Source of the DNA: Carcharhinus amblyrhynchos
Lineage: Eukaryota
Direction of reading: 5' to 3'
Length of the DNA stretch: 64,000 bases
Assembly (NCBI GenBank): GCA_965287045.1
Contig: OZ336881.1
Span: forward strand, 50,902,001 to 50,966,000
The notes beneath the pieces are model-generated. The model ran no database searches and was not told the DNA's origin. It saw only the letters and a list, made by a program, of their open reading frames with translations. The translations under genes were made by a program, and so were the position numbers. Positions within the stretch are counted from its first letter, which is position 1, and each line of letters begins with the position of its first letter. This document shows, piece after piece, positions 1 to 13,102 of the stretch.

Positions 1-1040
1 TATAATTTAACCAAAAAAGATTTTCTCAAAAAATGCATGCTACTCGGTGCACTGGTAAATAGAGGTGCAAAATTAAGCTATTGGGAATATTTAGATTAAA
101 TGTTATATTAAATTAAGATTGTCAAAGCATATATTTAGCAATAACATTTGGCCAAACATCCTTCTTCAGCTGCAATTATTTTGTGATCATGACAATAAGA
201 ATATTATTGAATATTGATATCTGTAAATTGCTTTAGTTTGTTCGTATTATGTTTCCCCCTGAATGGTAGCCTGCATCATGCACCAATCAAAGGGTGAACA
301 GGCAATCGACTTCCAGGCTTTTCCCCATGTAGGCCAGATGGAGGAGGTGCATAAAAACACCCTGGCGAGATAATACCCTGTGTCCCATCCTTCTGGGGAT
401 GCACCTGGTCCCATCTCCATGCTTCATGGTGTTGTTTTTTCTCCTGAACAGATGTTTGGGAAAGGGAAAATAGAATACACAAATATAGGATCTTTTTATC
501 ATTCAACCTAAACTATTTTATAAGATCACAAAATGTGATAAATCTGGAAAATATTGAAATTTGTCACAGCTACTTGGGCTAATCTTGCTACGATTAAGCA
601 GTTGTCAGTTCTTGCACTGTTGGTTTCTGTATGATATGCATGCAAACTTGGGAGAATAAATATGTCTGCAATTTGTTTTTAAATGTACTTCAATGATGGA
701 TTCAATTCATAGATTAAATAAGATTTCAGTTGAGCATCAAATCAATTGAATGATCTCTAATGATTTAGTTTGTTTTTGCAGTGACCTATTTATTGAACTA
801 ACCATGTAGACAGTGAGACAAAACTGCTTCATTAGGAATTCTGAACAAGACACCGTTCTGATTTTACAAAATATCCCAAATGGATATATTGCATACATTT
901 TTAAATAACGTCACTTAAGGTGGTTTTTAAAAAAAAACCTTTCTGAACATATTTGATTTCATTTAGAATTTTAGTGACCAAAGTGTATTGTGAGATTGAC
1001 ATTTTAAACTGCTCATCCTGTTATGTTTTCCTATTGACAG

Positions 1041-1235
1041 TTTAATAGGTGCATCACCTCGCAGCTTATCAAGTGGTTCAGCAATTTCCGAGAATTTTAC
1101 TACATACAGATGGAGAAGTTCGCTCGTCAGTCCATTAATGATGGAGTAACAAGCACCGAGGAGTTAACTGTCTCCCGTGACTCTGAACTCTTCAGAGCCT
1201 TGAATATGCACTACAACAAAGCAAACGATTTTGAG
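1041..1235 (+). CDS. PROX1: PROX1 internal coding exon (homeo-prospero domain; equivalent to the penultimate exon of mammalian PROX1)
   Basis: Flanked by acceptor ttttcctattgacAG and donor GAG|GTaca; 195 nt, phase 0/0. Translates to FNRCITSQLIKWFSNFREFYYIQMEKFARQSINDGVTSTEELTVSRDSELFRALNMHYNKANDFE. SQLIKW, INDGVTSTEEL and NKANDFE fit PROX1 better than PROX2. Not in the ORF track. Confidence 0.93.
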
Positions 1236-2049
1236 GTACAGACTAATTTGTTTCTTTTTTAAAGTGGCTGATCAGGAGCAATTGTGAAGGCTGATTTTTT
1301 TTGTGTTTTAATTGTATTTGTGAATATACCTTAGCCTCATGGAACTAATTTGTCTGTCTTTGTAGAAAAAGAGTAGGATCATGAGCCCAGGACTTTGTTT
1401 TAATGCTTATAGATTGACAAGTATGTGTTGTAAGTAATTGTTGATGGAAGCTTACTCATTATGATATTGAATGCGAAAGAAATGCATCCTAATAATTTGT
1501 GCCGGCTAAAATAATTTTGGTTTGCCAAGCAAAAGGAATTAAAATCATAGCTTGAGGTCCTAATGTTGCAATTTTACAGATCTTGCTTTGTTGTCTGCTA
1601 ATTTTGTGTTTTGACCTTGGGTGTTCTCAGCAGTTAGTCTTTGATGTCAGTGAAATTTAAATTCCACTGTGTCACAAAACTCTTGGTATGATGCAATCTG
1701 CTTTATAGAGGTCACCCAGAAGAAGCCACCATAAAATATTTAAACAGAGGTACTGACCACTGTCACAGGAAAGAAGGAAGTAGAACTGAGTTTTTAAAAA
1801 ATTGTAAAATATTGACCAATATTTTACAATAGTCTTTCTCCATTCACATACATTTTCTAAGTTATCCCATAGACCATAATGGTTGATATAAAGTTAGGTA
1901 GTGAAGTAGGTTTTACTCACTTCATTCTGTATTTGGTTTTTTGGGAAAAATGTGCTTTAGGAAGGAAGTAAAAGGGTATATTGCCACTAGAGGATGAGAA
2001 TTAACTTCCATACAGCTGAGTGTGAAATGTTTAGAAGAGATATGGAAAG

Positions 2050-2580
2050 TTTTTTTTGAAAGGGGAAATTTAGCTCTTACAGATCCAATTCAGCTTGGAT
2101 AGAAATGTTGGCATACAAGAGAGAAAGAAAGTAATAATTTGGAATTATTGTGGGCAACCAGGACGCCAAGAGGACATTGGCTTATTTCAACAAATAAAAA
2201 CTGGATCAGGAAAAGAAGAGAGAGATGGTTATGAGGGATTGTATCTGACTTAAAGTAGAATAGGGAGGGAAATATCTTAAATGTCAATTTGAGGACTCAG
2301 TGTAGGTCTGTCATTTGATCTTGTTTAAGTCGAGAACTAGGAATTTATATACTTTAATATTAGATTTAATGAGCTAGAGATGGTGAAAAACATCTAAGGT
2401 AAAGAAAGTAACATTAAATTTGATGATGTGGCGCACTTAGGAGTAAGTGAATCAATAAAATGCAGTAAAGTTAATTTTAAGGTCAAAATGGTTAGGATGA
2501 ACTAAGGGAAAGAGTAGTCTGTTCCCAATTAAAAATTAAATGTTATGTGCATTCTGTAATGAAAAAGAATTCTATCTTAT
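2050..2580 (+). mobile_element. Highly decayed CR1-like RT fragment
   Basis: Purine-rich, with remnants such as aaatttgatgatgtggcgcacttagg resembling the KFADDTKLG segment; no open frame. Confidence 0.3.
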
Positions 2581-2684
2581 AAGAAGTAAGAGGTTGTTGC
2601 TGAAATTTAAGCCTAGAGTTTAAATTTCAGCAACCAGCTAGCCTGTATCCATTTTGGTTTTAATCTGTAATTGGGATATTAGCA

Positions 2685-2950
2685 ATATCGATGATGCAGT
2701 ATTTTGTCGCCCATCTTAAATTACCCTGAGGGCATTGAGTTGACCACAGATTGTGGGATTGGAGTCCGTAGGTGGCCAAACCACATTAGGGTGGCAGATT
2801 TTCTTCCTCAAAATACATTAGTGAGCTAGTTGAGTTTTGAGATCAAGAATTTATGGTGTTAATGCACACATTATCAGATTTATTTAACTCAAGTTAGCAG
2901 TTTTTCATGTTGGGCTTCTTGAGTTGTAGTACATAACTATCAGCCTATTG
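2685..2950 (-). mobile_element. Decayed tRNA-derived SINE, same family as 20989-21349
   Basis: Shares gcccatc..., gggtggcagattttcttcct...cattagtga with the better-preserved copy at ~21 kb. Confidence 0.55.
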
Positions 2951-3263
2951 CCTTGGTAACAGCTGCACAACCAAATTGATGGTTAGCAGCAGGAAAATGG
3001 ACAGATGTTGGAATTCTACTTTAACAGCTATCTTGTGTTCTGGTGGATTTTTGATTGCCCATGGAAAGTGCCCGTTCATTTTTGGATGCACAAATTAAAC
3101 ATGAATTATTGTGATATACAAGCCATTTTCTATTTTGTCTAAGTTCATTCATATTCCTACCAATGCAGATTAGGATCTACAGTTATTAGCCACCAAAGAA
3201 GGAAAGTTCTACGTTCACTACTAACAGCTACTTTTCACTTGCCATCTGTATCATTTAACATTT

Positions 3264-3558
3264 GTTTATTTATTAATGTCAAAAGTAGGCTCACATTATT
3301 AACACTGCAATGAAGTTACTGTGAAAATCTCCTAGTCACCACACTCCAGTGTCTATTCGGGTACACTGAGGGAGAATTTAGCCTGGCCAGACCACCTAAC
3401 CAGCACATCATTTGGAGTGTGGGAGGAAACCAGAGCACCCGAAGGAAACCCACACAGACACAGGGAATGTGCAGACTCTGCATAGACAGTGATCCAAGCT
3501 GGGAATCGAACCATGGTCCTTGGCACTGCAAAGCAGCAGTGCTAACCGCTGTGCCATA
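3264..3558 (-). mobile_element. tRNA-derived V-SINE-like element, tail type B
   Basis: Reverse strand reads tRNA-like head (ggcacagcggttagcactgctgc...ggttcgattcccagc), core (gtgggtttccttcgggtgctctggtttcctccca) and tail (ttttcacagtaacttcattgcagtgttaat...taataaataaac). Confidence 0.88.
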
Positions 3559-6416
3559 CGATTTACTATTTAATGCTCTCCTAGTTGGTTGTTTTTCCCC
3601 TCCTTCTCCCCTCAACCCCCATTTCTAATCAGAGGGAAAAAAGATATGCAACAGCATGCGACCAGGCTAGTGAGGCTATTCTGCTTAAACTCCACACGTC
3701 AAAGTAGAATTATACCAATGGTCATTAAGGTTGCCATGTTACTGTTTAATTTCCATGTCACTCAGCACAGCTTTAACATTAGCTAAACAGCTATGTACAA
3801 TTGCATTAGACAACAGATTCATCATTCTTGTTGATTGGTGCAGGCTCAAGGGGCTGAATGGCCTACTTCTCCTATTTTGTATGTTCATATGGATTCATTA
3901 TTCCCTAAATATATCTACTCTATTGACAGCCAGTCAGAAAATGACAAAGCAGCAATTTTACAAAATGATCAGCTTCCCTCCTGTCCAAAGGGACAGATAT
4001 CAATTGTCTTTTGCTCAAGACCTTTACTGACATTAACAAGAACTGATTTTCTTAACAAGTAGTTTGGGATGGGCAGCCCAGCATAATACTTTTGCTTCCC
4101 TGGAATTGTGACAATTCCTTCATATTAAAGCTTTCTTTGACCTTTTAAAGCACAATGCTGCATAACTGCTGGGAGATCAAGGTTATCCTCTGCACCCCTG
4201 GTTAATGGTGCATGTACTGTCCCAGGACACCAGATGAGAACCACTTTAATGAGATTCATTCATTACTATCATTGAGCACATCACCAGCATGTTGAAGGTG
4301 CACTACGAGTGTTTGAATCAATCTATAAAGGAGATTCAAAATTGATATGGAGGAGAAAGAGGAAGGGGACTGGGAGGAGTATGGAGATGAAGGAGTTATG
4401 GCTGAAATTTCTGTATTTTGTTTTGGAATCCAATCATAATCCCAGAAATAGATGACCTGTTGGTTTGACATCTATAAGCAGAAAAATGTTGAACGTAAAT
4501 CTGACTTGGTAGGGTTTACAATGTTTGTTTGCCACCAGATTCCCTCTGCATCCTTCAGCGCAAAAATTTGGGCTACGTTAATGATATCTTAAATTAAGTA
4601 CAGAAAGAGCAATGGAGAGGGGAGGAATATTGAAATGAGAGGGGGAAAAAGAGAAAGGAAGGAAAGTGTTTTTAAAAAAGGCTTGCATTTAAAAAAAAAT
4701 TAAAACCTGAAGGAATGAGAGTCCACATACATGATAGTTAATGTTCATTGTTAGACGGATTATTTGGCAAAAATTAGCATTTATCATATCTTCAAAAAGA
4801 TACTTGCGTTTGTCATATCAAGACTTTTTTTATGTACTTCAAACCATTCTTCTTTTAATAGGCAAATTTCTACAAAAATGGAGGCTAAGGGTGAGAAGTT
4901 ATTTTCATAAAGCTAACAGTGGAGTAGTGTAACTAGTACTGCAACTTTTGGGCATTCGCATTTAACTTCTCATCTGTTCCCAACCTGAAGTGACTACCAT
5001 TTTCCCAATGATAACAGTGAGCACCATTTAGCCCAGCAAATTCTCACCTGATCGATTTAGAAGGAGCAGCTAATGGGGAAAAAAAACACTGCACCCATGA
5101 ATTTATGAATAGCAGATGACTCTTATTACTGAAGGATGGCATACAACTTGTGGAAAAATGTAGTGTGGTGGATGTTATTTTGTTTGATGTTCAGTCTGAA
5201 AGTATCCTTAACATCAAACTTGTGGCTAAACAGAGAGCTTTTGAAATGGAGGGTGTTTCTAAATGGTTACTAATAGGAGATAAATAATTACTTCAGTCAA
5301 TGGCAGAATTTCAAATTGGCCAGCCATGGGTAATGGAATACCACACAGATCAGTCAGGAACAGCCAGATCTCTGATTTTTGTTAGTCTCTGTCTTAATCT
5401 CAATTGTCCTTCTCTTTGTACCCTTAGATTGGCAGCCAAAATTAAATGTATGGAAAATAAAGTTACTATTGGGTTGAAAAATATCTAAGCATGACCTAAA
5501 AAATAAAAGTTGTGGTGGTCTTGTTGTTCAGCAGCCTGTCCCCCAGGTCTCCCACCCACCATATGGTCAGCAAGGGCTCGAAGGCCACATTAGCTTTTCT
5601 GTGTGCCTTCGCATTGAGGATATCCAGCAAATAAAAGAACAGGAGCCAGAAAGCCTTAAGTGATTCAGTTTACTCCCTCCCTCAACACATTTCAATGGTG
5701 GTGTCTGTCCTGTGCATTCTGCATACTCGGGGTATGTCAACCCACCACTTGCCACTACAGAAAGTTCCAGAAATCCAAAAATAGCATATTTTTTAAAAAA
5801 AAACAGAAAACCAATAATCTGAGTTTGGCTCCTTTCCCTGAATCTTGTGTCAATGGAATGTTCAGTTCCCCCCAGTGTAAGGAAAATTAGCCCTCGTAAA
5901 GATGAAATTTGGTGTCATTGTACTTATAAAAGTATTATGTAGAATCACTTGTCACTGCATGTGTCCTTGAGTTTGGAAGTCCTCTTGTGTCTGAACCATA
6001 TCAGAAGTACTTGGCCTTCATCTTAATGCATGCTTGCACATTCTCCAGCTTCAAAGCTGATATTGGAGATGCACTCGGATACTTGGAGATTTTTCTTTTG
6101 ATTTGCAGTGATTAGAAGAATCTTCACAATCCATTACCAAACATGTATGGTGGGGGTCGAAGAGAAAAATATATTGAATTATTCTTAGAACTGCCATAGG
6201 AAGAAAATCTATTGCTGACTAAGTGCAGTACAAAGTAACAGCAGAACCAAATGAAAATGTTTCATTGATTTCTACAAGCAATGTTTGATACGCAACTATC
6301 ACTCCATGAAATAGACAAGTAAATGCAGTTGTTTTTTTCCAATAAATGCTCGTCTCTTTTTGAGAGTAATGAACCTAATTGAATTGAAATAAATTACTCA
6401 TGTAAATGACACTTGG

Positions 6417-6690
6417 AACATAGAACAGTACAGCACAGTACAGGCCTTTCAGCCCTTGATGTTGTGCCAAGCTATGTCCAAACCCAATATCAAGTTATCC
6501 CACTTCCTATCATTCTCGTGTGTTCCATGTACCTATCCAAAAACCACTCAAGTTCCTAAAGTGTCTGACTCCACTATCACAGCAGGCAGTGCATTCCACA
6601 TCCCAACCACTCTGAGTAAAGAAACTACCTCTGACATCCCTCTTATATCTCCCACCATTAACCTTTCTAGTTATGCCCCCGAGTAGAAGC
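6417..6690 (-). mobile_element. CR1 LINE 3' fragment
   Basis: Tail aacatagaacagtacagcacag. The reverse ORF 6510-6695 (KVNGGRYKRDVRGSFFTQ) matches the C-terminus of the CR1 ORF at 13194-14849 (KIKGGRFRTELRRNFFTQ). Confidence 0.8.
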
Positions 6691-9127
6691 CACATTCACT
6701 TGGTGGGAATATTTTGAATATTCGATTCAGTGAACCTTGTATTCAAATATCTTACGTAAATGATGTTAATTCATTACACAAGTCACCCCATAGTGTAGTC
6801 GCATGCTGTATTGCCAGATTTGAGTTTTTGACAGTGGGATAATATATCAATTTGGAGCACCAATTCCAGAGACACAGGTTGGTGCACAGACACCAACTAA
6901 CAATCTCCTTATTCCCCATAGGAAGCAAGGGAAATTTGGGCATATTAATCCATGAGCTGCTGTTCCATGCCATTTCAGCTAATAATAGCTATCCTACTTG
7001 ACCGACCTTCTTTGTTGCCTATAGGGGGCTGCTTGGGGTGAATGTGGGGGTGGGCACATGGAGAAATTTTGAAAATCAAGGGTGAACATCATCTAGCAAA
7101 GCCTCAGGATTATGAAAACCACTCTGTTCCTGCATGCATGCTTTCTTGGAAAATGAGAGAGCACGCGAATTGCAGATAGCCTCACATTTCCAGTATTTAG
7201 AGTTGATATCTAACAATTTGACTTATGCCGTGCCAATAATTGCCATGAAGTACCAAGTCAGCACCCCTCTTGCACTGTCATGGTGGTTGTGAAGCTACTT
7301 GCAAACACATGTATAACCAGGTTTGAGATTGTTGCATGCTGTGCGTACTGTTGGTGCAAAGTGATTCCAAGGAAGTCAGTCCAGGATACATGGTCAATAC
7401 CCGGACTACTATTTAAAAAGTGCATCATTGTAGTTAACAGGCAGCACTTGATTTGTGCTAGTAAGTAAGTGGAAACATTGATGTGCATAGGATCCTGAAG
7501 AATTGTACTGGGATTTTTCTCCTTTTGAGAAGAGAAAGTTGAGAAGATTTGATCGAGGTGTTTGAGAGGGCTGGACAGAATTGTATTAAACTGGAGTTGG
7601 ACAGGGCTACTCTACAAAACACGCGAATGTGCATTTTGCCTTGTGTTTACAATCGAGTCATCTGAATGCAGCACCACAATTGGAGTATCCTGCAAATAAA
7701 GCACCCAAACCCCCAAATAACTCCATACAAATATTAGAATGCAACTTTTCTGTTTGCCTTATACAACCTAGCACGTTTTCCACTTGTCGATGGTCTTCAT
7801 TATTGTCTGAAATCTTCAACCTTTACTTTTCAGTCTTAATGGAATTGGACTTGAATTTTCACTTCTCAGTCGGGAACTCACTGCAAAAGCACCTTGGGAG
7901 AAAATGCCTCAAATAGTCTGATTTTTATTTGGGGGGTTGCGGGGTGGGAGGTGGGGGACACTTGTTAACGAGAATTGTGCATACTGCTATGGGAGTAATT
8001 CAAAGGCACCCACTGGGACTGCCAGGTTCAGAGGCGGCCTGCGTGAAAGGCCAGGATCCGCACTTCAGCATTTGTCACAGCTGTAAAAAAAAATCACAGA
8101 ATAGTTCCCCTTCCCAACACTCCCCATGCCATCTCACCCACCCCATAGTCCCTTATACCATTCATATTAATCTATGCCCCTCTACCAAACCATCATGACC
8201 TCTTGTATCCCAGTGTCCTTCCATGCCCTTCTGTGGCCTCTATGCTAACTTGGTGCAACTCATACAATCCATGCCACAGCACCCTTTGCCTTTTATACCC
8301 TCAAGACAACTTGCTCATTATTCACAATTGGCAGACCTCAAAACCCATGTGGAGATGAAACAAATTTAATTTCTATTAAATATCTATTGATGACTCCACT
8401 ATCTTAAAAAAAACTCAGTAATTGATAAGCCATTCATAACATTTAAATTAATTGAACTATTAAATCTCTTAAAACAAGCATTTGTATTCATACCCTGTAT
8501 AACCACTTTGAACTGACAAACATCTCACTATGATAGATTGTGGAATCAGTCATGTAGAATAAATCCTATAATGAGACCTCGGGCTTATGCCAACAGAGTG
8601 AAAGGCTGTATGTGTTTTTAAAATGACAGACATCTTTTACATTTAAAAGGCAGGATATTGAAATACCTTGATAATTCCCAGGGAATTTAAATGCCTTGCC
8701 AGTTTGATAGGTCCATTGTGTTTACTTGCTTTTTACGCATGTTCGTTTCTACGTTTAACAATTCCAAAGAATGCCTGATAGCTCTCAAAGATGTCTCTGC
8801 ACCCCTCCAAAAGGATATCCTACTCCCCAAAGAACTCTAATACGTTTAAATCTTCTCTTGAAACATGTAATGCCCACAAATCATGATTTGGACAACCAGT
8901 AATGAAAATTGGATCTGTTTGGCACCTGCACTTTTACACATATCTCCATGAACCGCAGATGTGCAAACTACAACCTGCTCCTGTTCCACCACGGTGAAAA
9001 TCGCGGGTGGATTTCTGGCACCGTTTTGACTAAGCTGGAGATCCTTTCTGTCATTGCAAAATATTTGACTCTTGGAGTTCAGCAAGTAAATTGCAGAGGT
9101 GCTGGCCATAATCTTCAAATCCTAGTA

Positions 9128-10400
9128 GATTAGGAAATTGCAAATGCTACACCCTGGTTCACAAAAGGTACAACCATAAAGTAGGCAGCTACAGCCAGTT
9201 AGTTTAACCTCCAGTGGGAAAGTTTATACAAAAAGTAATCTCAGCAAAAAGAACAGTCACTTTGGACAAGGGTGGATTAAGGAAACACAGAATGGATTTG
9301 TTAAAGGCTACTCATGCTTAACTAACTTGACTGATTTTTTTTTTACATATACAACAGGGAATTGAAGATTTTGCTTCTGATGCAATGTATATGGACTTGA
9401 AATAGGTGTTTGATGAAGTGTCACATCCTTGCCAGCAACGTCAAAGCCCACAGAATAAAAAAGGACAGTGATGGCATGAATATAAAATCGGTTAAAGCGC
9501 AGTGACATAGTTGTTTTTTGGAACTGGAGGAACGTATGCAATGGTGAGGGAAGTACAAAATTGCTGCTTTTCTGATCTATTTTAACGACCTAATTTTGGG
9601 TGTAAGAATAACACTAGACTTGGAAGTATTGTAAACTGTGAGGACAGTGATATACTTCCGGACAACGTAGGATGGTGGAATGGGTGGACTCTTGGCAGGT
9701 GATATATAATGCAAAGAAGTGTGAAATGATAATTTTGGTAGGGAGAATGAGGAAAGGCAACATAAATGAAAGGATAGAATTCTCAAGGGGATAAAGGAAC
9801 AGAGACATCTGGTTGCAAACACACAAATCATTGAAAGTGACAAAATAGGTTGAGAAAGTGGTTAACAACAGGATATGGGATCCTTGGCTTTGTAAATAGG
9901 GTATAGAGTTCAAAACTAGGGAACTCTGAGGGGTTTTGATAAAACATTGGTTTGGCAACAAGTGGAATATTATGTCCAACTCTGGACAATAGGTTTTAGA
10001 AAGGTTTTTATGAAAATATTTTCAGCAATTAGGAACTGTTACATGGATAGATTGGAGAAGCTGGGGTTATTCTCCTTTTGAGAGGAGGTTTGATAAGAGG
10101 TGTTCGTGATGTCAATGGGAACAATTTCCCTCCTAAAGACGAGTCAAGAATGAGAGGATGGAGATCTGAATTGATTATTGAAATAACCCATTTTTATACA
10201 GCAAATGATTGCAACCTGGAATGCACTGCCTGAGATTTTGATGGAGTCTGATTCAGTCATGTTCTTTGGAAGTGATTTGAATAAACACATGATGAGACAA
10301 TTTGTAGGGTTACAAGGAAAGGACAGGGGAGTGGCATAGCTAAATTGCTCTTGCAGACAGTCAGCAGATACTTGACAGACCAATGGCAGTAAATACTCCA
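9128..10400 (+). mobile_element. Degenerate CR1 LINE (RT to 3' end)
   Basis: Collinear remnants of ANVTPLF, YRPVSLTS, GFVKG.SCLTNL, RGIEFK.RE and LEKLGLFS, with many frameshifts. Confidence 0.8.
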
Positions 10401-11405
10401 TGAATCAAACTTTGGTGGTAGGTTGTTCAATTTTAAATAATCAATAGGATTCCCTTCATGACCTCACTGTTTGGAGAAGTGGAAGTCTTATGATCCAGGT
10501 CTTCCAGTTACCAGCCTACCACTGACTTATTTCGTTTGTTCAGTTAGCATTTATGCTGGAACCTTTGCAGTTTCTGATGCTGCTTCGGCAAGGTTATAGT
10601 GACAAACAAAACTGGGAGACAAGTGAAGGAAACCCCCTTTTTTATCATGAATTAAAGATATGCCCCATTAAGAATTGTCTTCAGTTCTTCGACTTGCAAA
10701 GTTTTAAATGGATTTGTCACTCCTAACACTGCACAGCCTCTCTCTCACCAATAATGCTCACCCATCACAATGCTTACCCCGCTTCCCCCTCCCCATCCCT
10801 CTCAATGCTTATCCTCATCTCCAATAGTGCTCACCCTCCCTCACCCTTCCACTCCCTGATGATGACTCTTCTGACATCAACTGTTTAGGAGCCAGGGAAA
10901 CTGAATATTGGCTTGACATGCTAGCTGGTTTATTTAGTTACACCTGCTCCAAAAAGCTCTAAGTAAATCTTTGTAAAAAGCAATGCAAGTCTAGGGCAAA
11001 CAGCCCAAGCCACCATTGTTCTGACCATCTCATCCACTGTCATAGTCTATCAATTCAGACAGGATAAAACTGACAACTTGATGATTATACATCCTGCAGA
11101 TGTGTGCTTCAGGACTTTCTTAGGGTTCTCAGGCACATCAGCAACTTCGGTTGAGTCATTTGCTGCTCCACATCCTGGAAGACTCAGGCCATCATGCTAA
11201 ACCAGCTTCCTTCTGAGTTACTGTAGAATTTGACTTTATACAAGGAAGTTTATAGCTACTGTCCTTTTAAGAGGTGTTCTACTATGTAATATAGCTGTAA
11301 AAATGCTCATTCACCAATTTAGAGAAAACACAAGTTAAAACTATACTGGCAGCCTTGTGGCTACAGTCAGCACCCAAGATGCTGAGTACAGAATCTGAGC
11401 TGACC

Positions 11406-11413
11406 GCCCCCCC

Positions 11414-11458
<45 letters not shown>
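11406..11458. repeat. Poly-C run followed by (CA)n microsatellite
   Basis: Directly visible; about 20 CA units. Confidence 0.95.
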
Positions 11459-11460
<2 letters not shown>

Positions 11461-12736
11461 TGCTTCTTGATTGATTCTCTGCATCACATGACCCCATTCT
11501 CTGCAAGCTAATCATTTCAAGAACAGAACCGGCTGTAAAATGCCCAATTCTTTCAATTGCTTCAATTCACTATCCACTTTCTCTTGTAAAACATAGTACT
11601 GAGCTCACCCTAAAGAACTGAGGTGTGATCCTGTAGATCTTCACTTGTAGGCCTTTTTACTTTGCCTAATTCATCCTTGAAGACACTCATTTTTTTTCAT
11701 CAATTCAAGCAGTCCTCCTCATATTTGGAAAATCTCCAGACCAATTTAACTTGATTTCCTTAAACCAACCACAGTCGAGAATTCTTGGTTCATCACCTGT
11801 CACTATGATCACTGGGAATTGGGCAGACTGTTGCCATAGCTTACAGGTACCATTGCAGTGCTTATTATTTTTATTGCTTCTCCAGTATAATTTGTTAACT
11901 TGGCTGCGGTACTCTTCAAATCCAATGGCTGGACTTCTCAAGTATATGTATGCTCACCTATCACAGTAACTGATGCCTCCGTTTTGACTTACATCTTAAG
12001 TGATTATCCATTTATTGAGAACATTACAGTAATAGACGCTATCTTGCCCAATTTTATACTGAACAGTGAGTGAATATTTAAATAGATGGTGACTATTTAA
12101 TCAGCCATTCAGTAGACTTGACTTGACTCTACATCTGTGTTGTAAGTGGCCTCTCCTATGACAAAAAACACTCAGCTTCCTTATACCTGCAGGATTCAGG
12201 GTAGTGGTTACCTCCGTATCGGCAACATTCTGCTTCAAACTTTTCTGATTGCCTGTTCTAAATCATCTTGTTGTATTTGTGGCTGAATTCATTTCCTGCC
12301 TCATGGCTACTACTTTGGTTCTGGCACAACTGCTGATTGCATGTTCTCACCCTAATTGGTGAACAGTGCCATTTTGTGCATTCTTCCTCTTGTGCGCCCT
12401 TTTCAGCACTTTCCATAGTCTGTACTATCTCCATTGCTCATGTAAAATTTATATCAACCACCAAGTAATCTCCATTGAATCACCTCATTATTCACCCCAC
12501 AGACAAATCTGTCCCATAACACATTCAACACAGCTTCAAGTTCACAATACTCCAATATCTATTTCAATTTAGTGATATAAGTCGCAATTGTTTCACCTGG
12601 GACTCTCCCCTTGAATTAAACTTGAATCGCTGGAGTACAACTGGTTTAGGTTGGAAATATGATTTTACCAATTCACAGTCTATTCATTCAAACTCCTACA
12701 ACTTTTTTTTAAGAGTTTTCCAATTGAAATCATTGT

Positions 12737-13004
12737 GGGCAGCACAGTGGCTAGCAATGCTGTAAAAGGGTCACTGGCTTGGGTCACTGTGGAGTCTGCA
12801 CATTCTCCCTGTGTCTATGTTGGTTTCCTCTGGGTGCTTCAGTTTCCTCCCACAGTCTGAAAGACATGGTTAAGTGCATTGGCCATGCTAAATTCTCTTT
12901 CAATGTATCCAAACAGGTGCCAAAGTGTGGCGACGAGGGAGACTTTCACAGTAACTTCATTGCAGTGTTAATGTGAGCCTACTTGTAATACTAATAAATA
13001 AACT
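12737..13004 (+). mobile_element. V-SINE-like element, tail type B (partly deleted head)
   Basis: gggcagcacagtggctagca...ggcttgggtcactgtggagtctgcacattctccc...cacagtaacttcattgcagtgttaatgtgagcctacttgtaatactaataaataaac. Confidence 0.85.
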
Positions 13005-13102
13005 TCGATTTTTCTATTTTACAGCCATTATTGCTGTCAACCTTTCAACACAGAAGGGGATAGACAACAGTTGCCAAGCTAACTGATTCAGTGCACTCTC
13101 AA

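Noticed and set aside
1-1040. Preceding PROX1 exon (…HLKKAKLMFFYTRYP…)
   Set aside because: Not found by eye; presumably upstream of the window.
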